Positions 41,753 to 51,153 of a stretch of DNA of 64,000 bases are shown piece after piece. A program made the position numbers and the translations under genes. This stretch comes from Myxococcales bacterium. GTDB lineage: Bacteria; Myxococcota_A; Polyangia; Polyangiales; DASUME01. The DNA lies in assembly GCA_047601445.1 (NCBI GenBank), contig JASGJH010000001.1, positions 2,240,001 through 2,304,000 on the forward strand, read 5' to 3'. The notes beneath the pieces were generated by a model, which saw only the letters and a program-made list of their open reading frames with translations, was not told the DNA's origin and searched no databases. How positions within the stretch are numbered: position 1 is the stretch's first letter; each line of letters opens with the position of its first letter.

Positions 41753-44700
41753 TCAGAGCGCGCGCAAAACCCACGTCTTGCCGGGTCGCACGGAAACGAA
41801 CCGATAGCTCACGGCGTCGCCGCGCCGGATCGCGAGTTCGTGGATCCCCTCGGAAAGCGGAACTTTTGCGGGCACGGTGCCGACGACGTGCTGATCGACC
41901 GACAGCTCCGCACCTGCGAGCTGCGCGCCCCCTTCCACCACCACCAAGCCCTGAGTCGGGGACGTGACGAGGCCCGGTTCGAGGATGCCGTTGTAGATCT
42001 GGAAGCCGCTGTCCTGGGGGACCACCAAGGCCGCGCTTGCAGATGCCGCCGCGCTGCTAGTGGGCTTGGGTGGCGTAGCTGAGGACGAGGGCGCGCCGGG
42101 CGCTTGCGCGGGCACCCCAGTCCCCGTTGCACTCGAGGGGCCGCCCCCGATGACCTCCACTCGCGTGGATTCTTGCGGCTCGAGCAGGCGCTCTGCAAAG
42201 AACGCCGCGGCGAACAGGGCCAACAACGCGACGGCCCAAGCCGCGAGTGTGGACCGGCTGCGGCGCGCCTCGGCTGCCGCGAGATCGGCTTCGTGTGGGA
42301 TCTCGGTAGGCGGCAAGGCCGCACGTCGATCGGACGAGGCGCCGACCGGACGCGGTTCGGCCGAGCCGCTGGCGCGCGGAGTGCTCGGGGCAGAGGTGCG
42401 CGGGCCGACGGAGACGCGGGCCGCGACGGGAGCCGGCGCGTGAGCTCGCTCGGAGACCACGGGCGCGACCGGCTGCGGCGGCACGCCGGAGTCGCGGCGC
42501 TCGAGCGGGGCCGGCACGGGGGAGGTGCGCAGCAGCTCGGGCTCGGGCTCGAACGCGGGCGCGGGCGTGCTCAGGACGGGGTCGAACACGGGCGGGGGAG
42601 CGGTCCGGGGTGGTTCGGGCGGGGGTTCGCTCGCGAGCTCCCTTGGGTCGGGCTCGCGCTCCACGCCCTCGGGCTCGAGCCCGAGGGTGGGGAGTGCGGG
42701 CGCGGGGGGGATGTGTGGCATGGCCGCGAGCTCGCCGAGCGGCTCGTCGAGCTCGAGCTCCGCCATGCGCGGCGGCGGCATGCTGAACGGAGAGCTCAGC
42801 TCGATGGGCTGCTCCTTGCCGCGTGTGACGCGCGCCTCCGCGAACAGATCTTCGCCCGCGGAGCCGACCACGCCACGGATCGCACCGCGCCTACCCATGT
42901 CGAGCAGGATGGCCTCGAGGGTGGCCTGGGCGAGCTCGCCGCGCTGGGCGACCTTGAGCGGTGGCTCCCCCGCGTGGAGACGCTCGACCACCTGACGCAT
43001 CCCGGCCGGCGACTGATTGAGCAACGCGGGATAGGCGTCTTCATCGAACACGACGCGCGCCACGCGTCCCAGCAGCGGAAACGACAGCGCGTCGAGCTGC
43101 GAGCCGAGCTCGAGAGCGCCACGTGTGAGCACCTGGTCCAGGCTGCCCTCGAAGGTCTGCTTGAGCGTCCCGCGTGCGACGGTAACCGTGTAGCGGCCAG
43201 CCGAGGCGCCGAGCAATTGCGGGAGCGCGGCCTCGCCACGCACGAAGCTGCCATCGCTGGCGGTACGCGTCAGCTGCGCCAGACGTCCTTCGCGCAGCTC
43301 GCACTCGAACAAGTTCCAGGCATCGCGCAGGGTCACGCGGGCATCGGGCCGGGTGCGGCGCACGCTGCGCAACAAGGAAACCACGCCGGTGCCCTCGAGG
43401 TTGCCGCGCACTTCGCTCGGGCCCCCCAGCTGCGCCTCGAGCGTGGCGCGGGCCGCGAGCGCCTCGGTCACCGCGGACAACACCTGCTGCCAGGACGCTT
43501 CCTTCTTGAGATAGCCGCTGGCACCTGCGGACAGATCGCGCAGACGTGTGAGCAGGTCGTCCTTCCAGGAGATGAGAATGACGGGCACGTCGGCCAACAC
43601 CGGATCGCGCTTGAGCTTGCGACACAGGACGAAGCCATCGAGGTCGGGCATCAACACATCGCTGATGACCAGGTCCGGACGCTCGCGGCGCGCGGCCCGC
43701 AGCGCTTCCTCACCGCGGTGCGCGGTGACCACGGTGGCCCCTTGTTCGAGCAGGATGCCCGCAAAGAATTCCACCACGCTGGCGTCGTCGTCCACCACCA
43801 CGATGCGACGTCCCGATAGCTCGCCGTGCGTACCCTGCGCACCGAGTTCGGCCTGTGCTTCGCGCTCGGAGCGAGTTCCGACGGACAGCAGCGCGGGCGT
43901 GTTGCGCGACGGCAGCTCCGTGAAGCGCACGCGGCCTGCACTCTGTTCGGTGACGAAAGCGCGCACGCGCGCGACCGCGGCCCAAGCCGCGGCCAGCACC
44001 TCTGCGCCCTCGCCGAGCGGGACGCGCGTCTCGCGGCCCGCTTCGATGGCATCGACCAAGCCGCGTCGAATTTCCTCGGCGACGCGCTCGGCCACTTCGC
44101 CCACGGTGGCATCGCCAAAGGCCACGAGTCCGCTGGTGGTCTCCACGAGCGTGCCCGTGACGCGCCCCAAGGCGCGCAGGATGCGGCGCGACTCGAACGG
44201 CCGTGAGAGCTTGGCGTCGGCGCCCTCCGTGGCCGCTGGCGATGCCAGCTCGGGCGTGGCCGCTGCGAGCAGCACCACGGGCACGAAATCGGTGAGCGGA
44301 TCGGTGCGCAGACCCTCGAGCAGCTTGCCCGCGCTGGCGAGACCTTCGTCGGCCACGACCACATCCGGAGCACTGTCGCGGGCACTCTCGAGGGCCTGGC
44401 GCGCGGTATCTACGAAGGAAGCTTCGACGCACTCGCTGCGCAGCAGGCCCGTGAGCGTCTTGCGCTCTCCAGGAGACACCAGCACCAAGACCGAGAGCAC
44501 ACGCTGAAGCAGTGGACGCTGCTCACTCGTTGCCAAGGCCGCCACGCCCTCCCCCGCCAGCGCCAAGGCCACCGAGGAACTTCCTGGGGTGGCCGAAGCG
44601 CTGGACGTGGGAGCAGCTGCCGGGACGGCCGATGTCGCCGGAACAGGCGCGAGCTCCTCCACGCGCGCCGGAGGCACGGCACTGGTCAGGGTGGCGCGGA

Positions 44701-45202
44701 GCGAGCGCGGCCGCGACAGCACGAAGTCGTCTTGCGTGGAGGCCGCGCCAGCAGCGGGGGCGGTGCTCACCCCCGACGGCGCGCTGGCCTGACCCGTGCT
44801 CGCCGGAGCAGCCAACGAAGCGCCGTTACGCGGGCTTTCGGCTGTAGTGGAACCCGGAGATGGCTCGATAGGTTCTCCGCGCAACTCGGGAATTCGACGC
44901 ACTAGCTTGGCCAGGACCTCCAGGTCGGGAGCGCTCAGCGGGCGTCCCTCCTCGCGAGCCGCGTCGAGCCGCTCGATGCCTTCCTTGACCGCCTGTGAGA
45001 GGGGCTCATTTCGGAACACCACGGCCGACGCATAGAGGGTATGGAGCCGACGTCGCATGTCCTCCCGGGGCCCCTCGGCCGCCGGCGTCGCCGTCAAAAG
45101 GGCAATCGCCCCCCGCAGTTCGATGGCCTTGCGCGGTAGGCTCTCGATGAATCGGCTCTGCGCCGTGCCGAGTGCCGTGTCCTCGCCTTTGCCCGCAGCC
45201 AT
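41753..45202 (-). CDS. multidomain membrane-anchored response regulator (HPt-like, REC, REC, DUF4388-like, Pro-rich, TM, PEGA-like)
   Basis: RRRLHTL N-terminal helix; APDVVVAD; IVVVDDD...PDLVISDVLMPDLDG; TM WAVALLALFAAAFFA; C-terminal GTVPAKVPLSEGIHEL. Confidence 0.8.
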   Translation of the reverse strand: MAAGKGEDTALGTAQSRFIESLPRKAIELRGAIALLTATPAAEGPREDMRRRLHTLYASAVVFRNEPLSQAVKEGIERLDAAREEGRPLSAPDLEVLAKLVRRIPELRGEPIEPSPGSTTAESPRNGASLAAPASTGQASAPSGVSTAPAAGAASTQDDFVLSRPRSLRATLTSAVPPARVEELAPVPATSAVPAAAPTSSASATPGSSSVALALAGEGVAALATSEQRPLLQRVLSVLVLVSPGERKTLTGLLRSECVEASFVDTARQALESARDSAPDVVVADEGLASAGKLLEGLRTDPLTDFVPVVLLAAATPELASPAATEGADAKLSRPFESRRILRALGRVTGTLVETTSGLVAFGDATVGEVAERVAEEIRRGLVDAIEAGRETRVPLGEGAEVLAAAWAAVARVRAFVTEQSAGRVRFTELPSRNTPALLSVGTRSEREAQAELGAQGTHGELSGRRIVVVDDDASVVEFFAGILLEQGATVVTAHRGEEALRAARRERPDLVISDVLMPDLDGFVLCRKLKRDPVLADVPVILISWKDDLLTRLRDLSAGASGYLKKEASWQQVLSAVTEALAARATLEAQLGGPSEVRGNLEGTGVVSLLRSVRRTRPDARVTLRDAWNLFECELREGRLAQLTRTASDGSFVRGEAALPQLLGASAGRYTVTVARGTLKQTFEGSLDQVLTRGALELGSQLDALSFPLLGRVARVVFDEDAYPALLNQSPAGMRQVVERLHAGEPPLKVAQRGELAQATLEAILLDMGRRGAIRGVVGSAGEDLFAEARVTRGKEQPIELSSPFSMPPPRMAELELDEPLGELAAMPHIPPAPALPTLGLEPEGVEREPDPRELASEPPPEPPRTAPPPVFDPVLSTPAPAFEPEPELLRTSPVPAPLERRDSGVPPQPVAPVVSERAHAPAPVAARVSVGPRTSAPSTPRASGSAEPRPVGASSDRRAALPPTEIPHEADLAAAEARRSRSTLAAWAVALLALFAAAFFAERLLEPQESTRVEVIGGGPSSATGTGVPAQAPGAPSSSATPPKPTSSAAASASAALVVPQDSGFQIYNGILEPGLVTSPTQGLVVVEGGAQLAGAELSVDQHVVGTVPAKVPLSEGIHELAIRRGDAVSYRFVSVRPGKTWVLRAL

Positions 45203-45255
45203 AGGCGGGGATTGTAGGGTAGCCTCGCGCCACGGGCACGTCACAATACCCGGCC

Positions 45256-46353
45256 ATGCACTTTGTCGACGAAGTCTCAGTCAAGGTCATCGCAGGTAAT
45301 GGCGGTGACGGTGCAAGCGCCTGGCGCCGTGAAAAGTTTATGCCTCTGGGCGGCCCTGCCGGAGGTGACGGCGGCAAGGGCGGCGACGTGGTGTTCGAAG
45401 CCCACGAGCGCTACACGACCCTGCTCGATCTACGTTACCGCCGCGTACTCAAGGCGCAGTCCGGCGAGAACGGCCGTGGCAAGGACATGTACGGCAAGGG
45501 TGGTGAGGACCTCGTGGTCCAAGTTCCCCCTGGCACTCAGGTCTATGACGCGGACACGGGTGAGCTGCTCGCCGATCTGGAACAGAGCGGAACCCGCGTG
45601 GTCATCGCGCGCGGCGGGCGCGGCGGGCGCGGCAACATTCACTTCGTGACGTCGGTCAACCAGTCTCCCAACCGCGCGGAGAAGGGAGACCCCGGTGAGC
45701 AACGCGAGCTCCGCCTGGAGTTGAAGCTGCTCGCAGACGTGGGCCTGCTCGGCTACCCCAACGTCGGCAAGAGCACGTTCATCTCGGCCGTGTCTCGGGC
45801 GCGGCCCAAGATCGCCGACTACCCCTTCACCACCCTGGTGCCGAACCTCGGTGTGGTCTCGCTCGGCGACGACCGCAACTTCGTCATCGCCGACATACCG
45901 GGCATCATCGAAGGAGCCGCACAGGGCCAGGGGCTCGGGCTCCAGTTCTTGCGCCACGTCGAGCGTACGCGCGTGTTGCTCCACATCATCACCTGGGATC
46001 CTGCGCCCGAGCGCGACTTGGTGCGCGACTTCGACGCCTTGATGAAGGAGCTGGCTGCGTTCGATCCAGAGCTCTCCAAACGCCCCATGATCGTGGGCAT
46101 CGGCAAGATGGATCTGGAGGAAACCCGCGAACGCGCCGCCGCGGCCCGTGCAGAGCTCGAAGCCCGCGGCATCGAGGTCTTCGACTTCTCCGCCGCCACC
46201 CACGAGGGCATGGACCGCGTGCTAATCCGGCTCGAGCAGCTCCTGCTCGGGCACCCCACCGGCAGCGTGCAAGCCAAGCGCTTCCTGAGCGCGCGCGAGC
46301 GCCCTTCCCTGCACGGCGACGGCAAGCCCGTACCCGACGCCGAATCGGAGTAG
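45256..46353 (+). CDS. obgE: Obg family GTPase
   Basis: MHFVDEV, GGPAGGDGGKGG, GYPNVGKST, KIADYPFTTLVPNLG, DIPGIIEGA. Confidence 0.97.
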   Translation: MHFVDEVSVKVIAGNGGDGASAWRREKFMPLGGPAGGDGGKGGDVVFEAHERYTTLLDLRYRRVLKAQSGENGRGKDMYGKGGEDLVVQVPPGTQVYDADTGELLADLEQSGTRVVIARGGRGGRGNIHFVTSVNQSPNRAEKGDPGEQRELRLELKLLADVGLLGYPNVGKSTFISAVSRARPKIADYPFTTLVPNLGVVSLGDDRNFVIADIPGIIEGAAQGQGLGLQFLRHVERTRVLLHIITWDPAPERDLVRDFDALMKELAAFDPELSKRPMIVGIGKMDLEETRERAAAARAELEARGIEVFDFSAATHEGMDRVLIRLEQLLLGHPTGSVQAKRFLSARERPSLHGDGKPVPDAESE

Positions 46354-46354
46354 C

Positions 46355-46480
46355 CGCGGAGGTCGCGTGACCTCTCGCGAGAAAACACGAGACCACTACC
46401 TGAGCGAAGCGAACCTCGCGCAGGGGTGGGACCCGACGCTGCGTTGCTGCGACGGGCGCGGAGGTCGCGTGACCTCCCCG
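46355..46480 (-). repeat. REP-like element copy C (46401-46480) plus a partial hairpin copy (46355-46380)
   Basis: GAGGTC-ACGC-GACCTC stems; aligns without gaps to 33122-33201. Confidence 0.8.
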
Positions 46481-46485
46481 TCTAT

Positions 46486-47517
46486 TCAACGATCGAGCTT
46501 GGTTGCGGCCCAGCGCGCCGTGTCCCGCACCAGTGCGCTCTCGTGATCACGCGCCACCTCACGCAAGAGCGGCAGGTGGCGCTTCTCGCCGCTGTTGCCC
46601 AACACCACGGCTGCGTTACGCGCGAGGCCATCTCGCCCGGGGCGCTTCATCGGAGAGCCCTCCGCGAACACCGCGAAGTCCGCGGCGCTCATGCGCAAGA
46701 TATCGGCTGCCGAGGTCTCTCCGCGCCGTTCGTCGGGCGCAAAGGGCACGGTCTGCTCGGCGGGCGGCGGCGACGTCGCGTTGAACGGACACACGTCCTG
46801 GCAGACGTCGCAGCCGAACAGCCAGTCCCCCATGCGTTCCATCAGCTCGGGCTCGATGGCGCCGCGCTGTTCGATGGTGAGGTAGGAGATGCAGCGACGT
46901 GCGTCGAGCTCGCGGCTGCCCACGAAGGCCCTGGTGGGACAGGCGTCCAGGCACCGCGTGCACTCACCGCAGCGCTCCTTGATGGGAGCATCTTCGGGCA
47001 GCTCCGCGCTCGTGACGATCACCGTGAGGAAGAGGTGCGAGCCCAGGCCCGGCACGATCAGGCAACAGTTCTTGCCGATGAATCCTAGCCCCGCGCGCTG
47101 CGCCCAGGCGCGCTCGAATAGCGGCATGCTGTCCACGCCCACGCGCGCCGTGTGTCCCGCCGCGCGCAGAGTCTGAGCGAGCTTACGCGCGCGCTTGAGC
47201 AACACGTTGTGATAGTCACGGCCGCGTGCGTAGCGCGCCACCTTGCCAGGAGTGGGCCCCCAGCTCTGCGCGGCGCGCGCATAGGAGGTGGCCAGCACGA
47301 TCACGCTGCGGGCACTCGGCAACATGCCCTGGTGCGTCGGATCAGTGCGCACCTCGGCGGTTTCCTCCATGTAGCCCATCACGCCATGACGGCCGGCGCT
47401 CAACCAGGCGCGCAGCCGCTCCGCCTCCACGCCGAGCGGTGCCGCGCGCGCGACGCCCAATCGGTGGAAGCCCAGCTCACGAGCCTGCTCCTCCAGACGC
47501 GACCTCAGCTCGCCCAT
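46486..47517 (-). CDS. queG: epoxyqueuosine reductase
   Basis: ARYARGRDYH, GLGFIGKN, CGECTRCLDACPT, CISYLTIE, WLFGCDVCQDVCPFN. Confidence 0.96.
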   Translation of the reverse strand: MGELRSRLEEQARELGFHRLGVARAAPLGVEAERLRAWLSAGRHGVMGYMEETAEVRTDPTHQGMLPSARSVIVLATSYARAAQSWGPTPGKVARYARGRDYHNVLLKRARKLAQTLRAAGHTARVGVDSMPLFERAWAQRAGLGFIGKNCCLIVPGLGSHLFLTVIVTSAELPEDAPIKERCGECTRCLDACPTRAFVGSRELDARRCISYLTIEQRGAIEPELMERMGDWLFGCDVCQDVCPFNATSPPPAEQTVPFAPDERRGETSAADILRMSAADFAVFAEGSPMKRPGRDGLARNAAVVLGNSGEKRHLPLLREVARDHESALVRDTARWAATKLDR

Positions 47518-47533
47518 GGCCTCAACTCGCGCT

Positions 47534-49279
47534 TCAACCCGGAGGCGGGCTGCGCTTGCCGCTGGGAGCCGGTGCCATCCGCAGCAGCGTACCGGCGAAC
47601 TTGGGCGCCTGCTCAGGCAGCTTCACGGGCGCGCGGCCGTGCTCCGCATCCCTCGGATCGCCACCGGTCGGGGCCGCCGGACGGTACGGCGACACGTTGT
47701 CTGGACGCGGGTCGTTCGGCGAACGTGGCGGATTCTTCAGGATGTAAGGCTCGGCGTTCCAGGTGCCGCACTGACTCTCGTCGCGGCGCAGGGCCCACAC
47801 GATGTACACGCGTCCGTCGGGCGAGCGGATCTTCTCCGGCGGCACCGGATAGGGCGCGCCGCGCTGCACGGCATTGAAGGCCCCGAAGTCGTACATCATG
47901 TTGCCGCTCGACTTCACCACACCCACACGGTCGAGTGAGCCATCCGAGTTCAACACGATCTCGACCTTGGTCACCAGGCTGGTGTCGGCGAGCTCGCCCA
48001 TGGCGGGCAGGCTGGCCAAGAACTCGTGCGCGAACTCTGCGTGCAAGTTGCGGTGGAACGCCGCGAGGTAAGCCGCGAACGGATCGGCCGCCGCATTGAG
48101 CGCCGTGGTGTTACCGGGCTTGGCGCCCACGATGTAGTTCTCGATGGCGGCGCGGAACTCTTCCCAGCGCTTCTCGCGTCCAGCGCCCCGCCGCTTGGCT
48201 TCCTTGGGCAAGCGATCCTGGGCCAGACGCTCGGCGCCGAAAGTCGCCTCGAAGGCACTCCAGCTGACCTTGATCTTCTGTGCATTGGTGGACGCTGCCT
48301 GCGCGTCCTGTCCCTTGCGCGCTGCCTGCCCGGGGCTCGCAGGCGCGAGCACGAACGTGCCCATCGGGTCGTGCACCACCGTGGGAGCCGGAGCCTCGGG
48401 CTGCGGCGCGATCTCACGCACGGCCGGCCGCGCGGGCTTGGACTCCGAGGGCTGCGGGGTGGGCTGTTGCGGCGGTTGAGCGGGCATCTGAGGCGTTTTC
48501 TCGACCGCCGCGACCTGCTTCTCGTCGTTCTCTTTGTCCGCGCCCTTGTCGGCGCCCTTCTCGTCTTTGTGGGCGTCGCCCGACTCCTCGGGACCCGCCG
48601 CCTGCGGCGCGGCGGCGTTCGGCTCGGGATCGTCGTGGTGCTCGTCGGTGATCGACGCCACGGTCTCTTCTTCCACGCGGCGGCTCTCCTCCGCCAGGTA
48701 CTTGGCGTCGGGCGGCGGCTCCACGTTGGGGTCATCGCTCTTCTGGGTGATGCTCTGCTTGCGCCGATTCTCCGGAGGAGGCGGCGGAGGCTGCTGCTGC
48801 AGGTCGAGCTGAGCCACCGGCTGTTCCGGCTTGGGCTCCTCGGGCTTGGGCTCCTCGGGCCGAGGCTTCTCGGGCTCGGCGAGCTCCTGCTTCTCCTCGG
48901 GCTTGGGCTTGTCCTTGGGCTTGGGCGGCTCGGGCAGGTCCTTGGGCTTCTCGGGCTCGGACACCTCGAAGCTCACCTCGGCCGGCGGCAGCGGGGCATG
49001 CTTGGCCTTCTCGCGCTCGATGCGATCGAAGTAGTCACGCAGGGCTCCCAAGCCGACCCAGGGCGGCATGTGGGCTCCCAACGAGGCCAGCATGGCCAAC
49101 AGCATCAGGAGCGTCTCGGGACGCCGCAGCCGCCCGGGCATACTGCGCGCGAAGTCCACCAGTGCCGCCAGGCCGGATTCCCGTCGACGCGCCACCTTGC
49201 GCCGTTCGTCGTGCTGGGAGTTTCCGGATTCGCGCACTCGTTTTCCTCGGTATCGATATCGGACGCCAGCAATGGCCAA
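47534..49279 (-). CDS. TonB-family energy transducer (TM with S-x3-H, Pro/Glu/Lys spacer, TonB-C domain)
   Basis: LASLGAH in the TM helix; EPKPE/KPK repeats; VVKSSGNMMYDFGAFNAV..APYPVPP; start uncertain (could be MPGRLRR). Confidence 0.75.
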   Translation of the reverse strand: MAIAGVRYRYRGKRVRESGNSQHDERRKVARRRESGLAALVDFARSMPGRLRRPETLLMLLAMLASLGAHMPPWVGLGALRDYFDRIEREKAKHAPLPPAEVSFEVSEPEKPKDLPEPPKPKDKPKPEEKQELAEPEKPRPEEPKPEEPKPEQPVAQLDLQQQPPPPPPENRRKQSITQKSDDPNVEPPPDAKYLAEESRRVEEETVASITDEHHDDPEPNAAAPQAAGPEESGDAHKDEKGADKGADKENDEKQVAAVEKTPQMPAQPPQQPTPQPSESKPARPAVREIAPQPEAPAPTVVHDPMGTFVLAPASPGQAARKGQDAQAASTNAQKIKVSWSAFEATFGAERLAQDRLPKEAKRRGAGREKRWEEFRAAIENYIVGAKPGNTTALNAAADPFAAYLAAFHRNLHAEFAHEFLASLPAMGELADTSLVTKVEIVLNSDGSLDRVGVVKSSGNMMYDFGAFNAVQRGAPYPVPPEKIRSPDGRVYIVWALRRDESQCGTWNAEPYILKNPPRSPNDPRPDNVSPYRPAAPTGGDPRDAEHGRAPVKLPEQAPKFAGTLLRMAPAPSGKRSPPPG

Positions 49280-49318
49280 CGTCCTGGGTCGTGGCGCGCC
49301 TTTCGAACGCGCAAATGG

Positions 49319-49966
49319 TTACGGGTCCCCGGAGCCGTCGGGAGGGACCTCACCTAACGGATTTCCTGGAGGGTAGCCTACGCGCAGTTCTATTGCGAAC
49401 CCGTTCAGTGCGAGCTCCAGCTGTTCTTTGCGGCGTTGTTTGGGCACCGTGCGTAATCGCGCGCGCAAGTCCGCAAACTTCCGCGCGAACTCGGCGAATT
49501 GTGCATCGAGCCCGCGGCTCAATTCCTGGCGCAGTCGGCGCGCCAGGAGAGGAGCCTTTCCCGCGGTAGAAATGGCAATTTGCACGGGTCCACGGGTCAA
49601 AGTGGACACCAGAAACAAGTCAGAAAAGGTGGGTTGATCGACGGCACACAACCAGAACGGATAAGTGCGTTTGAGCTCGCGCAAACGGGTCGCAAGAGTC
49701 GTGTCCAGGTCGGTCAACAGCACCAGATGCGCACCCTGTAAATCGCTCGGATGGAACGCCCGTGCGAACCAACGCACGCTGCCGCGAACCGCGTGGGCTT
49801 CGATATCGGGTCCAACCTGGGGCGAGACCACGGTCACGCGCGCGCCGGCCGCGAGCAACCGGGGCAGCTTGTCGCTCGCCTCATCGCCCCCTCCCAACAC
49901 CAGCACGGGCCGTCCTGCCAAAGCCAGCGCTACCGGAAAGGGACTCGCTTCGTCGACCTGGGTCAC
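49319..49966 (-). CDS. precorrin-2 dehydrogenase / sirohydrochlorin ferrochelatase (CysG N-terminal / SirC-Met8 type)
   Basis: FPVAL.LAGRPVLVLGGG, GARVTVVSP, AVDQP, QIAISTAGKAPLLARRLR; likely GTG start at 49966. Confidence 0.82.
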   Translation of the reverse strand: MTQVDEASPFPVALALAGRPVLVLGGGDEASDKLPRLLAAGARVTVVSPQVGPDIEAHAVRGSVRWFARAFHPSDLQGAHLVLLTDLDTTLATRLRELKRTYPFWLCAVDQPTFSDLFLVSTLTRGPVQIAISTAGKAPLLARRLRQELSRGLDAQFAEFARKFADLRARLRTVPKQRRKEQLELALNGFAIELRVGYPPGNPLGEVPPDGSGDP

Positions 49967-49988
49967 CCGAAGACTGTACCGCGTCGCG

Positions 49989-50084
49989 CGGCAACGCGCG
50001 CCCTGGGTGGGCCGGCAACGCGCGCCCTGGGTGGGCCGGCAACGCGCGCCCTGGGTGGGCCGGCAATACGTGCCCCGAGTGGGG
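49989..50084. repeat. 24-bp tandem repeat, 3 perfect copies plus 1 degenerate
   Basis: CGGCAACGCGCGCCCTGGGTGGGC at 49989, 50013, 50037; CGGCAATACGTGCCCCGAGTGGGG at 50061. Confidence 0.92.
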
Positions 50085-50097
50085 CGGAGTCCCGCGT

Positions 50098-51033
50098 TCA
50101 GCGCCTGGCGGTGCGCAACAGCCAGGCCATCAGTTTGGTCTCGGCGCTGCTGGCGGGCGGAAACCCGAGGTGCCCTCCGGCCACTTGCTGCACGTGCACG
50201 TGGGCCGGCAGCCCGGTGAGGTGGCGAGCGCTGGTGGTGGCGAGCACCATCGGGTCGCTCTTGGCCACCACGAGCCGTGTAGGCAACGTCAAACGCCGCA
50301 AGTGCGGGGCCATTTGAGTGGCCTGCCAGTAGGCCTCCACGCTCTCGAAGCCGAAGCGCGGCACCACCGCCAGCTGATCCCAGGCACGCATGGTGCGCGC
50401 TGCCAGGACCTGTTCGAGCGGCGTGTGCAAGCGGCCCCGAGCATGGGCGCGCGTGTACATGATCTTCAAGCCCCCGAGCAGGTGGTCGCGGTACACGGCG
50501 CGCGCGGGCGCGTCGATATCGAGGCAGCCTTGCTCCAGATCGACCGGAGAGCACAGAGCACCGACGGCCCGAACGCGCTCGTCCGTGGGCGCCAAGCTCC
50601 AGGTCAACGCGATGTGCCCGCCGAGCGAGCACCCCAGCAGCGCGATGCTCTTGAACTCGTCGAGCTGCGGACTGGCCAACATGTGGACGATGTCCGTCAC
50701 CAGCCCCGCGTGATAGATGTCGTCGCCGAGGCGGTCGGCGCCGCGCAGGTTGAGCAACAGCGTGCTCGCGCCCTGACCGCTCGCCAGACGCCCCAACCTG
50801 CCGACGTAGGGGGACGACACCGAGCCTCCGAGACCGTGGATGATCACTACGAGCGGGGCCGCCCGATCACTGCCGCGGTTCAAGACGCCATTGACGTTGA
50901 CGTCACCCACGTCGGAGTCGACGAACGCGACCTCGAAACGCTCGCCAGGCGGAACCGGCGCCGGGCGGAGGCGGGCTTGCACGGCGGGGGCGAGGGTCCA
51001 GAGATGGCCGGAAACAGATTCTAGCCAAGCCAT
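50098..51033 (-). CDS. YheT-like alpha/beta hydrolase
   Basis: GHLWT, IIHGLGGSVSSPY, NLRG, YHAG, GCSLGG nucleophile, DPMV, GGHLGF. Confidence 0.85.
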   Translation of the reverse strand: MAWLESVSGHLWTLAPAVQARLRPAPVPPGERFEVAFVDSDVGDVNVNGVLNRGSDRAAPLVVIIHGLGGSVSSPYVGRLGRLASGQGASTLLLNLRGADRLGDDIYHAGLVTDIVHMLASPQLDEFKSIALLGCSLGGHIALTWSLAPTDERVRAVGALCSPVDLEQGCLDIDAPARAVYRDHLLGGLKIMYTRAHARGRLHTPLEQVLAARTMRAWDQLAVVPRFGFESVEAYWQATQMAPHLRRLTLPTRLVVAKSDPMVLATTSARHLTGLPAHVHVQQVAGGHLGFPPASSAETKLMAWLLRTARR

Positions 51034-51153
51034 GGCGCAACCATAACGCTGCGCGGGCTGCGCGGCAGGTGCTTTTGAGCCCACGGACACGCGCGCTGGG
51101 GACGCCGCTGCTACACTGGCTCTTTCGGGTCTAGGGAACGGAAGGACAAGGGC

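Noticed and set aside
49989..50084. Possible CRISPR array
   Set aside because: Head-to-tail tandem repeat without unique spacers.
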